This document shows positions 26,522 through 35,060 of a stretch of DNA of 64,000 nucleotides, piece by piece (within the stretch, counting starts at the first letter, position 1; each line of letters opens with the position of its first letter). A model generated the notes under the pieces. The model saw only the letters and a program-made list of their open reading frames with translations. It had not been told where the DNA came from and did not search any database. Source of the stretch: Bacteroidetes bacterium GWF2_33_16 (GTDB lineage: Bacteria > Bacteroidota > Bacteroidia > Bacteroidales > UBA12077); the NCBI GenBank assembly GCA_001768565.1, contig MEOE01000011.1, forward strand, positions 140,803 to 204,802, given 5' to 3'. A program made the position numbers and the translations under genes.

Positions 26522-27922
26522 TTAAATCTCAAATTCCTCGCCAGGAGCAGGGATTGATATATTTTTGAATCCTAAACTTTCAAGGTGACTCTTATAGTTT
26601 TTCTGAGCTTCTATATCTCCATGAACTAAAAATACTTGTCCGAGTTTATCTTTGTCCTGACAACTTATAAAATCACCCATTTCTTTATAATCCCCATGTC
26701 CACTGAATGAATCAATCTTATGGATTTCAGCTTTTACATCATATATATTTCCATGTATCGATACTGTTTTTTCGCCTCTCAAAATACGGGCACCCAACGT
26801 AGAAGGAGAACAATAACCTACAGCTAAAACAGTATTGTTGGGATTTGAAATTGAATTAGCAAGATGATGTTTTACCCTACCGGCCTCCATCATTCCCGAA
26901 GCCGAAATAATAACACATGGCTTGTCAATTGTATTCAACTTTTTTGAATCTTCAGCGCTTGAAATAAAAAACAGACTGTTGAATCCGAAAGGATCGGGAT
27001 CTGTTTCAAGAACTTCCATCACATCGCTATTGAAACATTCAGGGTGCATACGAAAAACATTGGTAGCATTCACACTAAGTGGACTATCGACATAAATATC
27101 TATTCTTGGTAATCTTCCCTCATTGTAAAGATTATTAAGCGAATATACTATTTCCTGAGTTCGACCAACACTAAAGGATGGAATAATTAATTTCCCTTTC
27201 TTATGCACACAAGTATCTGTCATTATTTTAAGTAAGGTCTCTTCGGCATCCTTGGTTGTTGTATGCAACCTGTCGCCATAAGTGGCTTCTGTAATAAGGA
27301 TATCAGCTTGCGGAAATTCAGCAGGAGCTTTTAAAATACGGTTTTCCGGGCGACCAATATCACCAGTATAAGCAATTGTCGTTTTTTTACCATCTTTGAT
27401 TATCTCCAAGTTTGCAACTCCGCTACCCAACATATGACCTGTATTGGTAAACTTGAGTGTTGTATTTTCATCAATTCTGAATTTTCTGTTGTATGCAACC
27501 CCAATAAAAAGTTCCATTGCACCAAATGCATCCGCTTTATCATATAGAGGCTCAACAGGTGTAAGTCCCTTTTTTATACGGCGTTTATTAAAGATATAGG
27601 TATCATGCTCTTGAATATGAGCAGAATCAGTAAACATTATCGAACACAAATCGCGGGTAGCATTTGTGCAAATCACTGAGCCTCTAAAACCAAGCTTGTA
27701 TACATAAGGAATTAATCCTGAATGATCGATATGAGCATGTGTAAGGATTATGTGATCAATCTCTTCGGGAATGAATCCCAGTTTCCTGTTTGCGGCATCT
27801 GTTTCAAGTCCTTTACCTTGAAACATTCCACAATCAAGTAAAATCTTTTTTCCCTGGTCTGTTTTAATCAGATGTTTGCTTCCAGTTACTTCCTGAGCAG
27901 CTCCTAAGAATTTAATTATCAT
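26522..27922 (-). CDS. MBL-fold metallo-hydrolase of the beta-CASP nuclease family
   Basis: HAHIDHSG metallo-beta-lactamase motif followed by a beta-CASP-type C-terminal half. 466 aa. It is convergent with the SRAP gene (6-nt gap). Confidence 0.75.
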   Translation of the reverse strand: MIIKFLGAAQEVTGSKHLIKTDQGKKILLDCGMFQGKGLETDAANRKLGFIPEEIDHIILTHAHIDHSGLIPYVYKLGFRGSVICTNATRDLCSIMFTDSAHIQEHDTYIFNKRRIKKGLTPVEPLYDKADAFGAMELFIGVAYNRKFRIDENTTLKFTNTGHMLGSGVANLEIIKDGKKTTIAYTGDIGRPENRILKAPAEFPQADILITEATYGDRLHTTTKDAEETLLKIMTDTCVHKKGKLIIPSFSVGRTQEIVYSLNNLYNEGRLPRIDIYVDSPLSVNATNVFRMHPECFNSDVMEVLETDPDPFGFNSLFFISSAEDSKKLNTIDKPCVIISASGMMEAGRVKHHLANSISNPNNTVLAVGYCSPSTLGARILRGEKTVSIHGNIYDVKAEIHKIDSFSGHGDYKEMGDFISCQDKDKLGQVFLVHGDIEAQKNYKSHLESLGFKNISIPAPGEEFEI

Positions 27923-27948
27923 GATTGGTTGTTTTATTTGTAGATTAA

Positions 27949-27956
27949 CAAATATA
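27949..27956 (-). promoter_or_regulatory. TATATTTG -7 box for the beta-CASP gene
   Basis: The plus strand reads CAAATATA, 27 nt upstream of the start codon at 27922. Confidence 0.35.
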
Positions 27957-28021
27957 ACGATAAATGTAGAATTTGGATCGTTCGCAAAGACAATTCAGTT
28001 TTTTTTAGTAATTATTTTAAA

Positions 28022-28089
28022 GTTGGGATGGCAGGATTACTCACCACCAAAGGCGGATCGTGAGAGAAGTTCAAACCCATTGGCCTCGG
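28022..28089 (-). repeat. degenerate partial copy 1 of tRNA-Pro 3' third with a 32-nt hairpin insert in the T-loop
   Basis: Aligns to copy 2 with 8 differences over about 68 nt. It is followed on the plus strand by the same ATAAATAAAAAAAGA(C/T)GAAA tail. Confidence 0.75.
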
Positions 28090-28126
28090 ATAAATAAAAA
28101 AAGACGAAAATTGCAAAAAGGGCTTG

Positions 28127-28193
28127 GTCGGGATGGCGGGATTACTCACCGCCAAAGGCGGATCGTGAGAGTAGTTCGAACCCATCGGCCTCC
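28127..28193 (-). repeat. partial copy 2 of tRNA-Pro 3' third with a 32-nt hairpin insert in the T-loop
   Basis: The plus strand reads GTCGGGATGGCGGGATT [ACTCACCGCCAAAGGCGGATCGTGAGAGTAGT] TCGAACCCATCGGCCTCC. The flanks match the genuine tRNA at 28236-28278 (GTCGGGATGGCGGGATT CGAACCCACGGCCTCC). Confidence 0.8.
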
Positions 28194-28194
28194 A

Positions 28195-28230
28195 ATAAAT
28201 AAAAAAAGATGAAACAACAGTGGCTTCATC
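28195..28230 (-). terminator. possible terminator downstream of tRNA-Pro
   Basis: The minus strand reads GATGAA-N11-TTCATC followed by T7. Confidence 0.45.
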
Positions 28231-28236
28231 CTAATG

Positions 28237-28311
28237 TCGGGATGGCGGGATTCGAACCCACGGCCTCCACGTCCCGAACGTGGCGCGCTAGCCTGACTGC
28301 GCTACATCCCG
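28237..28311 (-). tRNA. tRNA-Pro (anticodon CGG)
   Basis: Manual cloverleaf: CGGGATG TA GCGC AGTCAGGCTA GCGC G CCACG TTCGGGA CGTGG AGGCC GTGGG TTCGAAT CCCGC CATCCCG A. A TATTTTTG box lies about 9 nt upstream. Confidence 0.9.
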
Positions 28312-28415
28312 TTTAATGCCAAAAATAACTAAAAAAATGATTACTTTAAATAAACAATTTGGGATTCTTTTAGTCGAAGTGTTTTAGTAGATTTGCTAAT
28401 TCTAAATTCATAATT

Positions 28416-29372
28416 ATGTATTTTAATGTAATTCTTTTGCAAATAGCTATTTTGGGATTGTTAACTCTTATAGGCATTATAGCTGCCAAAATGAAGATTA
28501 TTACTATTGAGGTAAAAGATAGTATTGCATCAGTTATTTTTAATATTACCTTGCCTTTTCTAATTATTATCTCGGTTACCAGCATTGAGCTAAATAAACA
28601 GATTCTGTTAAACAGCATTTTGGTTTTTGTATTTTCTGCCTTAGCAATAACACTGCAATGGATAGCAGGTATTATTTCTAAAAATTCACTCGGATTAACA
28701 GATAAAAAAGCCGATATACATGTTTTAAACACTATGTTTGGAAATGTTGCTTTTTTGGGTTATCCTTTGTTTTCTGCTTTGTTTCCTGGTGGAGAAGGAT
28801 TACTTTATGCAATTATTTTTCATTTTTCACAAGATCTTTTTATATGGACAATTGGTATATTCATTTTTCATTCTAACAGTGGATCAAGTTTTGCTCAAAA
28901 TATTAAACACCTTGTAAATCCAAATACTATAGCATTTTTTTTAGGCATTGTTTTACTAACTGTTGGATTTCAATTTCCTGAGTTTTTATACAAACCTTTA
29001 AAAGGTTTGGGCGATACAACCATTTATCTTGCAATGTTATATATTGGAGCAGTATTGGCTCAAAATCCAATGATATCAGCATTTAAAAAAACTGAAATAT
29101 ATGTTCTGATTTTTAATAAAATGCTTTTTATTCCTTTTTTAATGATTATAATAATCCAATTATTTACCCTACTTACTGGAATAGAAATGGGTATTACTGC
29201 CAAAACAGTTCTTATAATGCAAGCGGCAATGCCATGTATGACAATGATTGTTGTTTTAGCGAAACGATTTGGAAGCGATGATATTCATGCTACAGAGAAT
29301 CTATTTCTTTCAACAATTTTAAGTATTGGAACATTGCCTTTAATTTATTATCTAATTCAGATAATGAATTAA
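28416..29372 (+). CDS. AEC-family (auxin efflux carrier-like) transporter
   Basis: 318 aa, about 10 TM helices. Overall resemblance to AEC permeases; no catalytic motif is available to check by eye. Confidence 0.6.
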   Translation: MYFNVILLQIAILGLLTLIGIIAAKMKIITIEVKDSIASVIFNITLPFLIIISVTSIELNKQILLNSILVFVFSALAITLQWIAGIISKNSLGLTDKKADIHVLNTMFGNVAFLGYPLFSALFPGGEGLLYAIIFHFSQDLFIWTIGIFIFHSNSGSSFAQNIKHLVNPNTIAFFLGIVLLTVGFQFPEFLYKPLKGLGDTTIYLAMLYIGAVLAQNPMISAFKKTEIYVLIFNKMLFIPFLMIIIIQLFTLLTGIEMGITAKTVLIMQAAMPCMTMIVVLAKRFGSDDIHATENLFLSTILSIGTLPLIYYLIQIMN

Positions 29373-29519
29373 AAGAATTATATTTTTTAATAGAAAATTC
29401 ATAGGGTATATTTAATCTTATTAATCTTAGATACAGAAAAGCAAGTTTAGAGGCTTTTTTATAAATAAAAATTGGTTAATAGGTTAAGCCTGTATCCTTT
29501 TCAGGTTATTAAAAAGGAC

Positions 29520-29559
29520 CTTTTGGTCGGTATTTAAAAGGCTGACCAAAAGTTTTTTT
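29520..29559 (+). terminator. rho-independent terminator
   Basis: CTTTTGGTC / GACCAAAAG 9-bp stem (29520-29528, 29544-29552), then T7. It overlaps the TTG start listed for ORF 29558, which argues for the later ATG. Confidence 0.6.
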
Positions 29560-29620
29560 GAAATTTGTAAATTTTATTATATATTATCAGTTATTTAAAG
29601 AATATATATCGGTAAATATT

Positions 29621-30172
29621 ATGAGTTATTCAGATTCGGAAGTAATTGACGGAATAAAAATAGGAAACCTGAAGATTTTTGAACAATTGTTTAGGGATTA
29701 TTATAAACAATTATGTGATTTTGCAAATAGATATCTGCAAAGCATGGATTCAGCAGAGGAAGTAGTTCAGGATATATTTTACAATATTTGGAAAAAACGA
29801 AATGAAATTAATATAAAATCATCATTAAAGTCATATTTGTATACATCAGTAAAAAATAATTGTTTACAGCAAATCAGGGTGCATAATCTTGATTTAAAAT
29901 ACGAAAACTATTACAAATCTCATTATAATGATGAAAGCATTAATCCAGCAGATGAATTAAAAGCAAAAGAGTTAAACGAAAGAATTACACAAGCATTGAA
30001 TTCGCTACCAGAAAAATGCAGACAGATATTTGAAATGAGTCGCTACGATGGATTAAAGTACCATGAAATAGCAAACAAGTTATCAATTTCGATAAAAACA
30101 GTTGAAGCAAATATGGGAAAGGCACTTAAGCATTTTAGAATATATCTTAAAGATTATGCAGAAGCGATCTAA
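29621..30172 (+). CDS. ECF sigma-70 factor (FecI-like, Bacteroidota expansion type)
   Basis: Region 2 (AEEVVQDIFYNIWKKR) and region 4 (GLKYHEIANKLSISIKTVEANMGKALKHF). Start at ATG 29621. Confidence 0.85.
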   Translation: MSYSDSEVIDGIKIGNLKIFEQLFRDYYKQLCDFANRYLQSMDSAEEVVQDIFYNIWKKRNEINIKSSLKSYLYTSVKNNCLQQIRVHNLDLKYENYYKSHYNDESINPADELKAKELNERITQALNSLPEKCRQIFEMSRYDGLKYHEIANKLSISIKTVEANMGKALKHFRIYLKDYAEAI

Positions 30173-30193
30173 TAATTTGGAAAGGATTTGTTT

Positions 30194-31213
30194 ATGAAAA
30201 CTGAATTAAATACAGAAAAATGGGACCTTTTAGCAAAATATTTTGCTAAAGAATGTTCAGATAATGAGAAAGATGAGTTAATGTCGTGGGTAAATGAAAA
30301 TATCGAAAATGAAATTTTTTTCTTTGAAACACAAAAAAATTGGGAGATCTTAAATTTGAAAAATACTATGAAAGAAGTTAATGTAGACAATGCGTGGGAT
30401 AAGCTTAAAAATAGAATTGAACAAGATAAAAAGTTCGTTATTAATACTGAGAAAAGGAATATATTTCGTTTATCTGCTTATATGAAATATGCTGCTTTGG
30501 GGTTATTATTGGTTGGATTAACAGTTATTACAAACAAAATCTATAGAATTATCAATAGTAATAATAACCAAATTGAGTACTTTGCTGTAAATGATGCTAA
30601 AAATGAATTAACCCTTTCTGACGGAACAAGAGTAAGTTTGTATCCAAACAGTAAGTTATTCTATCCCAAAAATTTTACAGCAAATGAACGAAAAGTTAAG
30701 CTTGATGGTGAGGCTTATTTCGATGTTACAAAAAATCCTGATAAGCCCTTTATTATTGAAGCCCAAAATACAGAAATAAAAGTACTTGGTACATCTTTTA
30801 ATGTAAATTCAAATCTGAATAATAAACAGGTTGAAGTTTTTGTGGAATCAGGATTGGTGCAGGTAACCAAGAAAAATGGGGAAGAACAAAGTGTACTTAT
30901 TTATCCTGGAGATATAGCTACAATATCAAAAAATAGAATAAATCAAGCAAAGAACTCAAATGAGAATATTATTGCCTGGAAAACCAAACAGATTATATTT
31001 AAAGAAGATACAATGAAAAATGTAATCACTACCTTAAATAAGGTTTATAAATCAAATATTACATGCAATGATACTTCAATTTTAGATCTTAGATTTACGT
31101 CAACATTTAAAAATCAGGAGCTTAATTCTGTTCTTGAAGTTATCTGTCTGGCATTTGATTTAAAACTAAATGATGAGAATAATGAGATTGTGTTAATTAA
31201 AAATTCCATATAG
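30194..31213 (+). CDS. FecR-family anti-sigma factor / signal transducer
   Basis: N-terminal WDLLAKYFAKECSDNEKDEL, one TM helix (AALGLLLVGLTVI), and a periplasmic FecR domain (LSDGTRVSLYPNSKLFY ... KLDGEAYFDV ... VLGTSFNV). Confidence 0.85.
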   Translation: MKTELNTEKWDLLAKYFAKECSDNEKDELMSWVNENIENEIFFFETQKNWEILNLKNTMKEVNVDNAWDKLKNRIEQDKKFVINTEKRNIFRLSAYMKYAALGLLLVGLTVITNKIYRIINSNNNQIEYFAVNDAKNELTLSDGTRVSLYPNSKLFYPKNFTANERKVKLDGEAYFDVTKNPDKPFIIEAQNTEIKVLGTSFNVNSNLNNKQVEVFVESGLVQVTKKNGEEQSVLIYPGDIATISKNRINQAKNSNENIIAWKTKQIIFKEDTMKNVITTLNKVYKSNITCNDTSILDLRFTSTFKNQELNSVLEVICLAFDLKLNDENNEIVLIKNSI

Positions 31214-31230
31214 TTTATTAAACTAGATAA

Positions 31231-32787
31231 ATGTTTAAAACATTATTAAACAAGTACATAAGAAAACTAATTGTAGTAATTATTTTACTTATGTGCTTTG
31301 TTTTTTCCTATTCTCAAGAATCTATTCTAAATCAACGTATTTCATTCAAATCAAGAAACCAATCATTATATAGTGTTTTAAATGAGATCGGTTCACAAAT
31401 TGGTTATGATTTTTCTTATAATGCCGATCTAATTCCATCTTCAAAAAAAACCAAAATAGATGTTGATTCCACCGAGGTTAGTAAGTTATTAGATATTATC
31501 CTAAATGATTCTTGTCTAACCTATAATGTTATTGATAAGCAAATAGTAATACATAAAAAAAACACTATAGGCAGATTATATGCTATCTCAGGTAATAATC
31601 CAAATTCGAATGTTATAACCATTACAGGAAAAATAATTGATAAAGAAACCAGAGAACCACTTCCTTTTGCCAATATTTCAATTTTAGGAAAAAGTATAGG
31701 AACTATTACCAACGAAGAAGGTGTTTTTACTTTTAAAATACCCACTTTATATAAAGATGAAATATTTGTATGCACATACATAGGTTATAAAAACTCAGAA
31801 ATACCGGTTCTAGATCTTGCTTTAAGAAATAATACTATTTATCTAGAGCAAGATTTCTTATCTATCCAAGAAGTAATAATAAGAAGTAATAATCCTGAAG
31901 CGCTTGTTAAATCTGCAATGGAAAGAGTAAAGGATAATTATTATACCCAACCTTATATGATGACAAACTTCTACAGGGAATTTGTAAAGAAAAACAATAA
32001 ATACACATCGGTTTCCGAGGCGGTATTGAGTGTTTATAAAAGTCCATATGAAGGTTATTATTCTGATCAGGTAAAAATGGTTAAATCCAGAAAAAATATA
32101 AACTACTCCGAAAACGACACCTTCCTTTTAAAACTAAAAGGTGGATTATATGCAAGTTTATATCTTGATATTATTAAAAATCCATTATCATTTTTACTTG
32201 AAAAATACTTTTACTTGTATACATATTCATTAATTGATATCGTAAAATTTGATAATAGTACTGCTTATGTAATTGAGTTTAAGCCCAAATATTATATCGA
32301 AGATCAGTCGTTTACCGGAAAGCTTTATATTGATACTGATAACCTTACTATAAGGTCAGCACACTTTTATATTGATTCTGAAGCCATTGAAAAACTAACT
32401 CAAGAGCTAGTTTTGAAAAAAAGCATGAGAACATTTGTTAAGCCTGTATCTGCGAGTTATTGGGTAAACTATAGACAGATTAATGGTATATATTTTTTAA
32501 ATCTTGTAAGAGGCGAACTTGAGTTTAAAGTAAGAAAACGCAGACAATTATTTTCTTCAGATTTTAAAACAATATTTGAATTTGCTGTAAACGATGTTGA
32601 TACTGTTAATATAGATCGTTATAACAGAAACGAAATAATTTCTACAAACCAGGTTTTTATTGACAAAAATTTCGAATATGACTATTCTTTCTGGGGAGAT
32701 TACAACTACATTATCCCTGACGAAACCCTTCAGGATGCTTTAATCAGAATTACTCAGCAAATGCAAAAACTTAAACAAAATGAATAA
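31231..32787 (+). CDS. STN-domain + carboxypeptidase-regulatory-like domain protein with no visible TonB-dependent barrel
   Basis: Signal/anchor, an STN-like segment (ISFKSRNQSLYSVLNEIGSQIGYDFSYNADLI ... LTYNVIDKQIVI), a CarboxypepD_reg-like segment (ITGKIIDKETREPLPFANISILGKSIGTITNEEGVFTFKIP), then about 300 aa with no plug/barrel features I recognise. Total 518 aa. Confidence 0.6.
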   Translation: MFKTLLNKYIRKLIVVIILLMCFVFSYSQESILNQRISFKSRNQSLYSVLNEIGSQIGYDFSYNADLIPSSKKTKIDVDSTEVSKLLDIILNDSCLTYNVIDKQIVIHKKNTIGRLYAISGNNPNSNVITITGKIIDKETREPLPFANISILGKSIGTITNEEGVFTFKIPTLYKDEIFVCTYIGYKNSEIPVLDLALRNNTIYLEQDFLSIQEVIIRSNNPEALVKSAMERVKDNYYTQPYMMTNFYREFVKKNNKYTSVSEAVLSVYKSPYEGYYSDQVKMVKSRKNINYSENDTFLLKLKGGLYASLYLDIIKNPLSFLLEKYFYLYTYSLIDIVKFDNSTAYVIEFKPKYYIEDQSFTGKLYIDTDNLTIRSAHFYIDSEAIEKLTQELVLKKSMRTFVKPVSASYWVNYRQINGIYFLNLVRGELEFKVRKRRQLFSSDFKTIFEFAVNDVDTVNIDRYNRNEIISTNQVFIDKNFEYDYSFWGDYNYIIPDETLQDALIRITQQMQKLKQNE

Positions 32788-32817
32788 AAAAAAATCAGTT
32801 GGGATAATCCAACTGAT
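32785..32817 (-). terminator. rho-independent terminator of the GH16-like gene
   Basis: ATCAGTTGG / CCAACTGAT stem (32794-32802, 32809-32817). On the minus strand it is followed by a T-run of at least 9. Confidence 0.7.
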
Positions 32818-32840
32818 AAAAAAATTGAAATGATTATTAT

Positions 32841-34913
32841 CTATTTCTTTTCCTGATAAACTCTAACCCAATCTATTTCCATTGTGCATGGCAACTGAAC
32901 TGGAGATCCATTTGCAGCAATTCCTGAGCTTATTAAAATATACATTGGCTCTTGCGGAATGCTTTCAGTAATTTCATAAACGGGAATATTATTTATTTTC
33001 CATGTTAACTTTTCAGGAGTCCAAAGCAAAGTATAGATATAGTAATTGGATGATAAATTTGGTCCAGAAACAGATGACCTTAGCTTTTCTTTCTTTCCTG
33101 TTCCCCAATAATTGGCAACACTAATCTTATTTTTAGACTTACCATCATATTTAAAAATATCTAGTTCGGGCGTAATTTTTTCTCCAAGCATCCAGAATGC
33201 ATGATGCACAGGATAGGAGTGATTCATCCTAATTTTAGCCTCAAAACGACCATATTTCTGCCTAAAACTTTGCCCTGTATTAATTATCCCAGAAGTATAA
33301 TCAAAATCTTTGATATAAAAGCCCATTGACGGATGCCATACTTTTCCTTTTGCTTTTTCAGCCTTTGTTGTAATACGCAAAACACTATCTTTTATTTCCA
33401 GATTTTTTTCAGTAAAAAATTGCTGCTCATTAGCCTGCACATAATTATCATTTAATATGGTTTTACCCCAATAATAACCGGTAAGCCATTTGTCCAGATC
33501 GAGCTTTGGTGAAGAAAAGTCATCTTCAAAAGTAAGCTCCCAGTGTTGCAATTGATCGAATGAATTAACCTTTTCAAGTTTAAAGTACCATTTAATCTTG
33601 TCGCTTTTTTTCAGGGCAATATATTCTTGTTGTTGCTTATACTCCTCGCTTAGTTTAAACTTATCTTTGATCTGAAGGTATTTTTTTCTTTCAATAAATT
33701 CATCAGATAAAATATATTTTTCAAGCGCTTCATAATCTGCAATAACCTGTGAATCATTAAGTTCGTTAAAAATACTCAACTTTTCAGAACTTTTAAACTT
33801 AAAATATTGTTTAATTTCAGAAGATTTTTTTAATGATTTATATTCCTGCAAATTTTTATATTCTTCAGTATTTTCAAATTTTAGATTTTTTGCTTCCTGG
33901 ATGGAAGCTTTAAGCTCGCTAGATTGTATTTCCTTTTCTAAATCCAAAAAATCCTTAATAGATTGACTTCCATCCAATTCAATGAATTGCTTGTAATTAT
34001 CTGACTCTTTAGTTTTAAAATAATTTTTAATAACTGATGATTTTAACTGTTTTTGATAATCCTTACGCTTTATAAACTCATCCAGATTTTCAGCTTTAAG
34101 GTTTTTAATAGCAGAAATATGCTCATTTGATTTTATTAATGATGCAAGCTCATCCATTTCGGATTTGCCATCAAAAACCTCATCTTTTTTGGTATTCTTC
34201 GATAAGGATTTTAACTCATTATATCTGGTCTTTATTCTGTTTAATTCATCTTGTTTTTGCTTCTTTTGATTTTCAATATCACGTATTAGGGCCTCAAAAT
34301 CAGTCGATTTGATTATTTTTTCAAGTTCAATGAATGACTCAAGTTCTTTAGAACCATCAAACTTGTTAAATTCTTCTAATTGTTTCGATTTTTTGAATGC
34401 AAAAAACCATTTATATTTTTTATTTTGCTCTTTATATCGTTCTTGCTTATCTTTTATTTCTTTTAATTTCTCTTCTTTTTGCTTAATAATTGATTTTTTA
34501 AACTCTTCAAATTCATTTGATGTAAAAAAACGATCAAGTTCTTCATAGTTGGCAAGCTTTTCCGATTTACTAAAATCAATATATTGATTAAGTTCTTTAG
34601 AATCCTTGACCTGATAATAGGTCTTTATTTTGTTCGATTTTTTAAGGGTGAGATATTCTTTCTCTTTCTTATATTCCTCTGATTCCTGATATTTTAAAGA
34701 ATTAATCTCTCGTTTAATCTTCTCAAATTCAGGTGAGTTTATGAATGCATCAAGTTCTTTGTATCGGGATAATTCTTCAGATTCTTTATAGGCCATAAAT
34801 TCATCGAATTCTTTTCTCAGGTTATTATCCTTTTCTTCTATTGAAGAAGCTTTAGGGATCATACCCAGACTAGAAAATATCGAAAATTTCGATTTTAAAA
34901 CTGTGTTGCTCAT
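32841..34913 (-). CDS. GH16-fold (laminarinase-like) protein with a long N-terminal K/E-rich repeat region
   Basis: The C-terminal ~230 aa show GH16 landmarks (YTSGIINTGQSFRQKYGRFEAKIRM, HAFWMLGE, MEIDWVRVY). The catalytic strand reads ELDIFK (33150-33167) instead of ExDxxE. The N-terminal ~450 aa are 4-5 degenerate ~70-aa modules. No signal peptide. Confidence 0.65.
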   Translation of the reverse strand: MSNTVLKSKFSIFSSLGMIPKASSIEEKDNNLRKEFDEFMAYKESEELSRYKELDAFINSPEFEKIKREINSLKYQESEEYKKEKEYLTLKKSNKIKTYYQVKDSKELNQYIDFSKSEKLANYEELDRFFTSNEFEEFKKSIIKQKEEKLKEIKDKQERYKEQNKKYKWFFAFKKSKQLEEFNKFDGSKELESFIELEKIIKSTDFEALIRDIENQKKQKQDELNRIKTRYNELKSLSKNTKKDEVFDGKSEMDELASLIKSNEHISAIKNLKAENLDEFIKRKDYQKQLKSSVIKNYFKTKESDNYKQFIELDGSQSIKDFLDLEKEIQSSELKASIQEAKNLKFENTEEYKNLQEYKSLKKSSEIKQYFKFKSSEKLSIFNELNDSQVIADYEALEKYILSDEFIERKKYLQIKDKFKLSEEYKQQQEYIALKKSDKIKWYFKLEKVNSFDQLQHWELTFEDDFSSPKLDLDKWLTGYYWGKTILNDNYVQANEQQFFTEKNLEIKDSVLRITTKAEKAKGKVWHPSMGFYIKDFDYTSGIINTGQSFRQKYGRFEAKIRMNHSYPVHHAFWMLGEKITPELDIFKYDGKSKNKISVANYWGTGKKEKLRSSVSGPNLSSNYYIYTLLWTPEKLTWKINNIPVYEITESIPQEPMYILISSGIAANGSPVQLPCTMEIDWVRVYQEKK

Positions 34914-35003
34914 AATTAAGATTCTTTAGTTCTTGCCAAAGGTTAAAGATAAAAAAAAAACATCAGATGGATTTATTTATTTGAGAATTTTGTTGTTTGT
35001 TAT

Positions 35004-35040
35004 AAAACAAAAACGGACTGGCATTTATTGCCAATCCGTT
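35004..35040 (-). terminator. rho-independent terminator of the metallopeptidase gene
   Basis: The minus strand reads AACGGATTGGCA-ATAAA-TGCCAGTCCGTT (one mismatch) followed by TTTTGTTTT. Confidence 0.6.
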
Positions 35041-35060
35041 AAAAAATCTTTAATTCCCTA

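Noticed and set aside
28022-28193. tRNA-like units considered as additional functional tRNA genes, or as boundaries of a currently integrated mobile element
   Set aside because: They lack the 5' acceptor strand, D-arm and anticodon arm, so they cannot be tRNAs. They are only about 40-150 nt from the intact gene, with no cargo or integrase between or beside them, so no element is currently integrated.
28370-28732. 120-aa minus-strand ORF overlapping the start of the AEC transporter
   Set aside because: It is antisense to a well-formed membrane-protein gene and would leave the tRNA-Pro promoter region inside a coding sequence. I treat it as spurious.
33600-34800. Repetitive nucleotide sequence that might be mistaken for a tandem repeat or CRISPR-like array
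   Set aside because: The repeats are long (about 200 nt), degenerate, in frame and translate into the K/E-rich protein modules of the GH16-like gene. There is no short-repeat/spacer architecture and no cas genes.
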